A stretch of DNA of 32,000 nucleotides, taken from NCBI RefSeq assembly GCF_003001995.1, contig NZ_PVNB01000019.1:29120-61119 (forward strand), written 5' to 3'. Under the pieces are notes generated by a model, which saw only the letters and a program-made list of their open reading frames with translations, was not told the origin of the DNA and searched no databases. A program made the translations under genes and the position numbers. Origin of the DNA: Orenia metallireducens (GTDB lineage: Bacteria; Bacillota; Halanaerobiia; Halobacteroidales; Halobacteroidaceae). The number at the start of each line of letters is the position of its first letter. Position 1 is the stretch's first letter. Positions 18,094-24,637 of the stretch are shown here, in pieces.

Positions 18094-19596
18094 TTATGGA
18101 TAAACAAATATTAGTCCCGCTTCAGCCGTTGTTAAATGCTTATCTTTATTATTGGCTATCTCTTCTTGACTTCTAGCATAATCCCAAACCCTTAAATCTT
18201 TAATATAGCCATGCCATTTTTCACTATAATCAGGATTGGCTCCAATTACTAATTCATTTGTATTGATAGGAAGAGAGGTTTGAATATTACCTGCACTCTT
18301 TTCTTTGCTAGCATTTACATAAAATTGGTAGCTTCCATTTCCATTTCCATTTCCATTTCCATTTCCATTTCCATTTCCATTTCCATTTCCATTTCCATTT
18401 CCATTTCCATTTCCATTTTCTTTTCCTTTTTCAGCAGGTTGATCATTCTCCCAATAACCTTCATAAACAAAATTTCCATTTTGGTCATAATATCTTCCAT
18501 AACCTGCCTCTCCTTGATTCCATTCACCTTCATACCTCAAGCGACCATTTTGATCATATAATTTGCCATATCCATCATAAACCCCGTTATCCCATCCACC
18601 TTCGTATCTCTTTTTACCATTTTGATCATATACAATTCCCTCACCATCAAGTTTCCCTTTATTCCATCCACCTTCATATCTCATCTTTTGATTCTGGTCA
18701 TATAAGGTTCCCTCTTCATCATATTCGCCATTATCCCATTGACCTTCATATCTCAAATGATTATTTTGATCATATGACTTTCCATATCCACTATAAGTTA
18801 TATCTTCTCGTGCCCCTTCATCATATACTATCTCTTGATTTTGATCATATAAAGTTACTGGACTATAAGATATATCTTCTAAATTATCTTTATATTTTAT
18901 TGGACCATTTGGCGGATAAAGAACATCACTACTACTATTACCTCCTCCACTTCCACTATCTGCTTGAAATTCATATACTACTGCTATATGAGTCCACCCA
19001 GATAAATCAAGTTTAGAGGTTCTTACTGTTTGAGCACCACCATTATTTTTAGTATAGCTATCTACAGCTAGCTTAGAATTTTTGTCTATATAAACTTTAA
19101 AGATACCCCTTCTACTTAATAAAGTAATAGGGAAATTAGCTTTCTCATCCACCTTAACCCATGCTTCGATAGTAATGGCATTACTTATATCAAAGTCACT
19201 ACGATAATCTATTCTTTCATGATCATTTACTCCATCAAAATAATTGCTTATTTTTTTCTTAATCTGTATACTTTTGCTTATATCTTCTATTATTCCAGTA
19301 CTTTTAATTAGCAAATAATCGTCAACTAATTTAACCTCATCAATTCTATAGTCTCCTTCTCCTAAGCTTTGTAGTTCAGTTGTAATAGTACCCTTATCAT
19401 AGCTAATTAATGCTACTTCTACGCCACCCTCTGCCAATAATTTTGCTTTCTCTATTTTTTCCTCTTTTTCAGTCTGATTAATAGTACTATAAATAATATT
19501 ATTCATAGTGGTAATTAAAGTGATAGCTACAGTCATAAGTATCAAGACCAATAATAAAGCCGAACCTTCTTCTTGCTTAATTTGATTATAAATCAT
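18094..19596 (-). CDS. Large PilX-like minor pilin: LamG-type lectin fold interrupted by six MORN-type repeats and an (Asn-Gly)14 tract
   Basis: N-terminus EEGSALLLVLILMTVAITLITTM (PilX_N/GspK-like hydrophobic helix, no G|F cleavage site). LamG/laminin-G_3-like halves: FDGVNDHERIDY...ITIEAWVKVD...WTHIAVVYE and YQFYVNASKE...LVIGAN...WHGYIKDLRVWDYARSQEEI. Between them lie residues 211-421, with six ~24-aa YDQNGxxRYEGxWxxGxxDGxG repeats. Confidence 0.75.
   Translation of the reverse strand: MIYNQIKQEEGSALLLVLILMTVAITLITTMNNIIYSTINQTEKEEKIEKAKLLAEGGVEVALISYDKGTITTELQSLGEGDYRIDEVKLVDDYLLIKSTGIIEDISKSIQIKKKISNYFDGVNDHERIDYRSDFDISNAITIEAWVKVDEKANFPITLLSRRGIFKVYIDKNSKLAVDSYTKNNGGAQTVRTSKLDLSGWTHIAVVYEFQADSGSGGGNSSSDVLYPPNGPIKYKDNLEDISYSPVTLYDQNQEIVYDEGAREDITYSGYGKSYDQNNHLRYEGQWDNGEYDEEGTLYDQNQKMRYEGGWNKGKLDGEGIVYDQNGKKRYEGGWDNGVYDGYGKLYDQNGRLRYEGEWNQGEAGYGRYYDQNGNFVYEGYWENDQPAEKGKENGNGNGNGNGNGNGNGNGNGNGNGNGNGSYQFYVNASKEKSAGNIQTSLPINTNELVIGANPDYSEKWHGYIKDLRVWDYARSQEEIANNKDKHLTTAEAGLIFVYP
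18334..18417 (-). repeat. Perfect hexanucleotide tandem repeat (AATGGA)x14 encoding (Asn-Gly)14
   Basis: I counted 14 uninterrupted CCATTT units on the plus strand. They are in frame within the 18094-19596 CDS (residues 394-421). Confidence 0.95.
18442..18852 (-). repeat. Six diverged ~72-nt tandem coding repeats (MORN-type)
   Basis: The YDQN register recurs at residues 250, 275, 299, 323, 347 and 370. At DNA level the motif TTGATCATA recurs about every 72 nt. Confidence 0.75.
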
Positions 19597-19639
19597 TTAT
19601 TAAATCACCACTATTCCCTTAAATCTTTTAGTCAAGTAA

Positions 19640-20170
19640 TTATTCATATTCAATATAAGAGTATTCAGATAAATAATATTCTTTATTCAATTCTCTAATC
19701 ATATCCTTATTCTTTAATTTAATCCTAATAGTCAATTGTTTCTGACCTTTAGTGAAATTTATATCCTCAAGCATATCAGTGATTATATAACTATCAGCTA
19801 TAGTATCAGTTTGATTACCATTATAAACGATTCTTTTTAGTTTAGTATTTTCTTGCTCATACTTAACTATCTTATCTGTCTCTTTATCTAAATCTATATC
19901 TAACTCTAAAACTAACCTTTTAGAATCTTCAATAGATACTTCTGCAGATCGGTCTATATCCCGCTCTAAATAATTAAAGATCAACTCACTCTGGTCATTT
20001 AATGCACCTTGCTTAGTATTAAAATCAAACATTTCAAATTGAGTAACTATTAGACTTCCCAAAGAGGCAGAGATTAAAGCAATCAACCCAATTACCACTA
20101 CCAACTCCAATAAGGTAAAGCCTGACTCATCGCTAAGCTTAATATTATCTATCTTTAACAATCCTCTCAC
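19640..20170 (-). CDS. Prepilin-type N-terminal cleavage/methylation domain protein (minor pilin, PilW/GspJ-like)
   Basis: ...SDESG|FTLLELVVVIGLIALISA class III signal. 176 aa from the GTG at 20170. An alternative TTG at 20161 lies 6 nt after GAGGTG. Confidence 0.75.
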   Translation of the reverse strand: MRGLLKIDNIKLSDESGFTLLELVVVIGLIALISASLGSLIVTQFEMFDFNTKQGALNDQSELIFNYLERDIDRSAEVSIEDSKRLVLELDIDLDKETDKIVKYEQENTKLKRIVYNGNQTDTIADSYIITDMLEDINFTKGQKQLTIRIKLKNKDMIRELNKEYYLSEYSYIEYE

Positions 20171-20184
20171 CTCAAAGCTCTATA

Positions 20185-20598
20185 TCAATCGACTCTTCTT
20201 CTATCCGCAAGCAAGGTAGTCAGCTTAAAGCTCTGCTCACCCTGATACCAGCTCACTTCTATGATTATCTTCTTCAATCCCACTTCAACATCCTCTAGAC
20301 TAATATTTCTACTAAAATCTATCTTATCTAGCTCTACCTCTCCACTCTGCTCAGTGGCTACCCCTTGCAAGAAAGCACTAAAATCATCACCATCCTCTAA
20401 AGAGTCAGCCTCTGCCCTTAAGACCTCTAAAGAGTTCTTAGCTAGTTCTCTCGCCACAGTTCTTAAATGAATATCCTCTAAGGCTTGGCTACTGCTAGTC
20501 CAATAGCTACTGAAGGCTACTGCTACTATTCCTAAGATTGCTGTAGCTAGAACTATTTCGATTAAGGTAAAACCTGCTTCCTCTTGCTGTAGTTTCAT
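20185..20598 (-). CDS. Prepilin-type N-terminal cleavage/methylation domain protein (minor pilin, PilV/GspI-like)
   Basis: MKLQQEEAG|FTLIEIVLATAILGIVAVAF class III signal. 137 aa. Confidence 0.75.
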   Translation of the reverse strand: MKLQQEEAGFTLIEIVLATAILGIVAVAFSSYWTSSSQALEDIHLRTVARELAKNSLEVLRAEADSLEDGDDFSAFLQGVATEQSGEVELDKIDFSRNISLEDVEVGLKKIIIEVSWYQGEQSFKLTTLLADRRRVD

Positions 20599-20623
20599 TA
20601 AATCACCACACTCTTTTTTTAGT

Positions 20624-20651
20624 TGACAATTTACAGTGTACAGTTTACAGT
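20624..20651. repeat. Four tandem heptamers (plus: TGACAAT TTACAGT GTACAGT TTACAGT; minus: ACTGTAA ACTGTAC ACTGTAA ATTGTCA)
   Basis: Read directly. Located 26-53 nt upstream of the 20598 start codon. Confidence 0.8.
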
Positions 20652-20785
20652 GGAGCCGCAGTTATAAACTTCCATTTGAAACTCAAAGATTCTCATCGGC
20701 TCAGGTCGAGTTTTCGCTTTGTAAAACTCGTAGGATAAATAATAACTATAAACTTTACATTGTAGACTGTGTTTGCTTTAAGGAG

Positions 20786-20813
20786 AACAATGGGCAAATA
20801 TTTGCCCATTGTT
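20786..20813. terminator. Strong hairpin just downstream of pilA; the T-tract is on the plus-strand side
   Basis: AACAATGGGCAAA-TA-TTTGCCCATTGTT (13-bp stem). On the plus strand it is followed by TTCTCTTT. On the minus strand (pilA sense) it is followed by CTCCTTAAAGC, with only an A-rich run upstream. Confidence 0.55.
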
Positions 20814-20837
20814 TTCTCTTTAAACAAATAATTATAA

Positions 20838-21269
20838 TTATGGTGCTGTTGGCTTAGTAGTACCAGTAACCTCAAGTTTCTGTACTCCAGATTGAGAACT
20901 GTCTACAAATAAATAATCATCTGCAGATGTATCATCACTATCTAAAGCAAATTTATCATCGTAATATAAAACATATGTTGTATTATCAGTACCAGTTAAA
21001 TAAGTATAATCACCGTCAATAGTAATACCAGCATCTGATAAACTATCTTCATCAGCAGGATAACCAGTATTATCTTCATCTAGTTTATATTGCTCTAATG
21101 CAGTTTGAGCATTTGCTAAACTTGCTCTTACACTATTTTCTGTAGCATCATTACTAATATCACTGACCTGTGGTACGATAATCGCAGCTAAGATACCAAT
21201 TACTGCTACTACTACGATTAACTCTAATAGAGTAAACCCTTCTTGATTTCTGATTAGCTTTTTAAACAT
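20838..21269 (-). CDS. pilA: Major type IV pilin
   Basis: MFKKLIRNQEG|FTLLELIVVVAVIGILAAIIVPQ class III signal with Glu at +5. Very acidic, cysteine-free globular part with a TGTTKPTAP tail. The ORF-track ATG at 21275 abuts the GGAGGA SD with zero spacing, so I prefer the ATG at 21269 (6-nt spacing). Confidence 0.85.
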   Translation of the reverse strand: MFKKLIRNQEGFTLLELIVVVAVIGILAAIIVPQVSDISNDATENSVRASLANAQTALEQYKLDEDNTGYPADEDSLSDAGITIDGDYTYLTGTDNTTYVLYYDDKFALDSDDTSADDYLFVDSSQSGVQKLEVTGTTKPTAP

Positions 21270-21299
21270 CTTCATTCCTCCTAAATTTTATTAATTTAT

Positions 21300-21320
21300 A
21301 TTATAAACTGTAAGAACAGT
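21300..21320 (-). promoter_or_regulatory. Candidate pilA -10 box (TATAAT) with adjacent palindrome ACTGT-N4-ACAGT
   Basis: Minus strand has TATAAT at 21305-21300. The palindrome at 21307-21320 sits where the -10/-35 spacer would be. No convincing -35. Confidence 0.35.
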
Positions 21321-21349
21321 CTACACTCACATTTATCTCTTGACCTTAA

Positions 21350-21380
21350 CTCTTCACTAGTCACTCATTACTCATCACTG
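21350..21380 (-). repeat. 7-nt periodic repeat immediately after the pilC stop
   Basis: Minus strand reads CAG-TGAT-GAG-TAAT-GAG-TGAC-TAG-TGAA-GAG: five NAG triplets, each separated by exactly 4 nt. Confidence 0.75.
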
Positions 21381-21383
21381 CCC

Positions 21384-22616
21384 TTAATACCCTTGTGACA
21401 TCTTAAAGATTGGTAAGATAACTGAAGCTACAATCCCACCAATTCCAAAGGTTAAAAAGATAATCAAGCTCGGCTCCAATAAAGCAATCATTCGAGCAAA
21501 CTTCTCCTCCACCTCATCTTGATAAAAGTCGACAATATCATTGAGTTTTTCTTCTAAACTCCCAGTATTCTCAGCAGTCTGTATCATCTGTAACGCAATA
21601 TCAGGAAAGACATCCTGCTGCTTGAGAGCTGTAGTGATATTGAAGCCATCCTTAATCTTCAGCCTTGCCTTGTCTAACTTGTAGCGGATAGCCCTATTGG
21701 TGATATTCTGGTTGACTATCTCCATTCCCTGTAAGAAAGGGATTCCAGTTCTTTCTAACAGACTTAGATTCTTAGCAAAGATAATCAGTGAATTCTCTAG
21801 AATAAAACCCTTTAAAATAGGTATCTGTAATAATAACTTATCAATCTGATATCTTCCCTTGTCAGTTCGATAATAATAGTAGGTCGATAATAATAATAGA
21901 ATTATACCTAATAACAAAAGCCACCAATAACTGCTCATCAAGTTACTGACTCTCAATAAAATCTTAGTTGGCAAAGGTAGCTCAACATTGAGTTTCTCAA
22001 AGGTCTTCATGAAGTTAGGCAAGACCTTGACCATCATCAAAATCAGTACAATTATTGACGAACCCATAGTAATAATTGGATAAGTAATATTGGAGATTAT
22101 CTCTTTTCTCTTCTCATTCTGATCCTTGAAATAATCTGCCAAGTTCATCAAAGTCTCATCTAAAAATCCCCCTGTCTCACCAACCTCTACTAATCTAATA
22201 AAGTAATTAGAGAAGATATTGGGGGATTGCCTCAAAGCAGCAGAAAAGCTCCTTCCCTTCTCAATCTCTATCGCTATATCTTTAACAGCCCTCTTTAAGC
22301 TCTTATTCTCCACCTGCTTTGCCAAGGACTGCAAGCCGTTAACGATTGGAATTCCTGAGCTAATCATAGATGAGAGCTGGCGACAGAAGATATATTTATC
22401 CTTTAAACCTACTCGAGCTGGTAAAATCTCAATAGAATTCAATTTATCAAGATACCCTTTCAAGCTAAACCCCTTCTTCTCCACTTCTAAGCCCAATACC
22501 AATAAGCCCATAGCCTTTAATTTGGTCAGTGCCTCCTGCTTCGATTGAGCTTCAATTTGCCCTGACTTCTTCCTTCCCGATGAGTCTCGAGCTTGATATT
22601 GAAATTTTTTAGCCAA
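21384..22616 (-). CDS. pilC: Type IV pilus platform protein PilC (GspF family)
   Basis: 410 aa. Two GspF-type repeats, each followed by TM segments. TTG start preceded by a G7 run acting as SD. Confidence 0.9.
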   Translation of the reverse strand: MAKKFQYQARDSSGRKKSGQIEAQSKQEALTKLKAMGLLVLGLEVEKKGFSLKGYLDKLNSIEILPARVGLKDKYIFCRQLSSMISSGIPIVNGLQSLAKQVENKSLKRAVKDIAIEIEKGRSFSAALRQSPNIFSNYFIRLVEVGETGGFLDETLMNLADYFKDQNEKRKEIISNITYPIITMGSSIIVLILMMVKVLPNFMKTFEKLNVELPLPTKILLRVSNLMSSYWWLLLLGIILLLLSTYYYYRTDKGRYQIDKLLLQIPILKGFILENSLIIFAKNLSLLERTGIPFLQGMEIVNQNITNRAIRYKLDKARLKIKDGFNITTALKQQDVFPDIALQMIQTAENTGSLEEKLNDIVDFYQDEVEEKFARMIALLEPSLIIFLTFGIGGIVASVILPIFKMSQGY

Positions 22617-22760
22617 CTTATATCCCCCCCACTCTTAATTAAGACTTATTATTAATCTATGGAGACTAGCAATAGATATTGGATCGTTTAAGTCTAAGGT
22701 TGAGGATAAGTAAACCATACAAATATTGGTCTAATGTTTTACTCAAACTCCGCCTTAATT

Positions 22761-24449
22761 CTAACTAATATCAGCTACTCTCAATACCTCTTCAATACTG
22801 GTTATTCCTTGATTAACCTTATCTAATCCATCTCTAAATAAGGTAATCATTCCTTCTTCAATCGCAACTTGTTCAATCTTATCTGAAGGATCCTTAGCGA
22901 CGATAGATTCCTTGATCTTAGGAGTAACCTCTAATAATTCATGGACAGCAGTTCTCCCTTTATAGCCAATCTGATTACAGAAGTCACAACCATCTGCTTG
23001 AAGTGCTGTGAAATCAGCAGTCAAATAATCATTAACTAGATGATACTCTGTACTATCAACATCACTACTACATTGAGGGCATAGCCTTCTAACCAATCGC
23101 TGAGCAACTACCCCTATAACAGCATCAGCAATCAAGAAGGGTTCTACTCCCATATTAACTAAACGGCTAATTGCTCCTGCAGCACTATTGGTATGGAGGG
23201 TACTCAAGACTAAATGCCCTGTTAAAGCAGCCTGAATAGCAGTCTCAGCAGTCTCCTTATCTCTTATCTCCCCTACCATGATGATATCTGGATCTTGCCT
23301 TAAGAATATTCGCAATACTCTGGCAAAGGTCATATCTTTTTTAGGATTAACAGGGGTCTGAGTAATCCCTTCAATCTGATACTCCACAGGATCTTCAATA
23401 GTTAATATATTCTTAGTATCTTCATTTAGATAATTTAAGGCTGTATATAAAGTTGTTGTCTTTCCACTACCAGTAGGACCTGTCAAAAGTATCATCCCAT
23501 TTGGTTTCTTAATTAACTCTTTGAACTTTCTCAAATTATCTGCCGAAAAACCGATTGAATTAAAGCTCAATTTCAGATTTGTGTTATCAAAGATTCTAAT
23601 TACAACCTTCTCCCCTAACACAGAAGGTAGAATCGATATTCTTAGATCTGCTTTAATATTTCCAAACTCAATATTTATCCTTCCATCTTGGGCCTTTCTC
23701 CTCTCAGCTATATCTAGACCACTCATAACCTTAATTCTAGATACTAAAGCCATATGGATATTCTGATGGAAGACCATCTCAGTCTGTAAAACACCATCAA
23801 TTCGATACCTGACTCTTGTCCCCGTCTCCATAGGTTCAATATGGATATCACTGGCCTTATGGCGAATCCCTGTTACTATTATCTGATTAACAGTCTTGAT
23901 AATAGGTGTATCCTCTAACTGCTCCTGTAATAAGCTCTGATCTATATCATCATCGTCAACAACCTGTTCAAAGGCAATCTCATCGATGCTATCAATAAAC
24001 TCCTCTAACTCCCTCTCTCCCAAATAAGTCTCAATCAAGCTATCTATATTGCTAGGAGTAGTAATCCGCGGCATTACCTCTAAATTGGTCTTCTCCTCTA
24101 TCTCATCAACAGCTACAATATTTTGAGGGTTCTCCATAGCTAAGATCAACATCTTACCCTCTCTTCTAATAGGAAAGACCCTATTCTCTCTAATATACTC
24201 TTCATCTAAAATTCCAATTATCTCATCTTTAATATTCTTTTTATCACTCTCTGTCAACAATAAGATACCTAACTGGTGATTTAAAGAAGTTGCAATCTCC
24301 TCTTCTGTAACTAGACCTAACTCTACTAATATCTGCCCTAACCTCTTATTTGACCTTTTCTGTTCCTTTAATGCTTCTTGTAAATCTTGCTCATTTATTA
24401 AATTTTCATCTATTAATATATCGCCTAAGCGCTTTTTATTTAATCCCAT
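22761..24449 (-). CDS. pilB: Type IV pilus assembly ATPase PilB (GspE family) with N-terminal MshEN-type domain
   Basis: Walker A GPTGSGKTTT, Walker B DPDIIMVGEIRD, His box GHLVLSTLHTN, tetracysteine CPQC...CDFC. The N-terminus carries two RLGxxLLxxGLLxxxxLxxxLxxQ-type motifs. Confidence 0.92.
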   Translation of the reverse strand: MGLNKKRLGDILIDENLINEQDLQEALKEQKRSNKRLGQILVELGLVTEEEIATSLNHQLGILLLTESDKKNIKDEIIGILDEEYIRENRVFPIRREGKMLILAMENPQNIVAVDEIEEKTNLEVMPRITTPSNIDSLIETYLGERELEEFIDSIDEIAFEQVVDDDDIDQSLLQEQLEDTPIIKTVNQIIVTGIRHKASDIHIEPMETGTRVRYRIDGVLQTEMVFHQNIHMALVSRIKVMSGLDIAERRKAQDGRINIEFGNIKADLRISILPSVLGEKVVIRIFDNTNLKLSFNSIGFSADNLRKFKELIKKPNGMILLTGPTGSGKTTTLYTALNYLNEDTKNILTIEDPVEYQIEGITQTPVNPKKDMTFARVLRIFLRQDPDIIMVGEIRDKETAETAIQAALTGHLVLSTLHTNSAAGAISRLVNMGVEPFLIADAVIGVVAQRLVRRLCPQCSSDVDSTEYHLVNDYLTADFTALQADGCDFCNQIGYKGRTAVHELLEVTPKIKESIVAKDPSDKIEQVAIEEGMITLFRDGLDKVNQGITSIEEVLRVADIS

Positions 24450-24637
24450 CTATTGTTTCCTCCTCAATTTAGGAACAATAAAGTTATTTTTCAGATGAAA
24501 ACCCATTTTCTTGTAGATTGTTGTCGAAAAATAGGTTTTAATAGTATTTATATTCTATGGGCATATTGATAATTCCTCCTTTTAGAGATTATATATCAAA
24601 AGTAACTTATGTAATTATTAAGAATATTTTATAAAAT

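Noticed and set aside
18036-18107. 24-codon N-terminal extension of pilM
   Set aside because: It overlaps the upstream gene. A TTG with a well-spaced GGAGGT gives the conserved PilM N-terminus.
18334-18417. Possible CRISPR or other spaced-repeat array
   Set aside because: It is a pure 6-nt tandem repeat with no spacers, and it lies inside a CDS.
18280-18561. ORFs reading the hexanucleotide repeat as (IS)n on the plus strand or (ME)n on the minus strand
   Set aside because: These are alternative frames of the same microsatellite. Only the (NG)n frame is continuous with the 500-aa minor-pilin ORF.
20685-20705. Hammerhead-like CCGAUGAG on the minus-sense spacer RNA
   Set aside because: It lacks the invariant CUGAnGA core (C replaces U4) and has no matching GAAA/cleavage-site arrangement.
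20636-20875. 73-aa plus-strand and 60-aa minus-strand ORFs in the pilA downstream spacer
   Set aside because: Neither has an SD. The composition is implausible. The minus-strand ORF starts inside pilA in another frame. The region is better explained by RNA structure and repeats.
20761-21325. Exact 10-nt inverted repeat (TGTAGACTGT at 20761-20770; ACAGTCTACA at 21316-21325) flanking pilA, as a possible invertible phase-variation switch
   Set aside because: The repeat is only 10 bp and does not extend. No recombinase gene is nearby. Inversion would flip the whole pilin gene rather than a promoter. A chance match within ~600 bp is not negligible. It is more economically part of the ACTGT motif cluster. 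It could still be tested by looking for split or inverted reads.
21276-21383. c-di-GMP riboswitch upstream of pilA (and likewise in 24450-24738 upstream of pilB)
   Set aside because: The leaders are short and AT-rich. They contain none of the conserved GEMM-I/II segments, such as paired GC-rich helices with GCAAA/ACGCA-type elements.
22624-22630. G7 (plus-strand C7) homopolymer 7 nt upstream of the pilC TTG start, as a slipped-strand phase-variation tract
   Set aside because: G-run Shine-Dalgarno sequences recur in this window (G5 before ytfI, G6 before the patatin gene, G4 before pilN). The tract is most simply the SD itself. Length polymorphism in read pileups would reopen the question.
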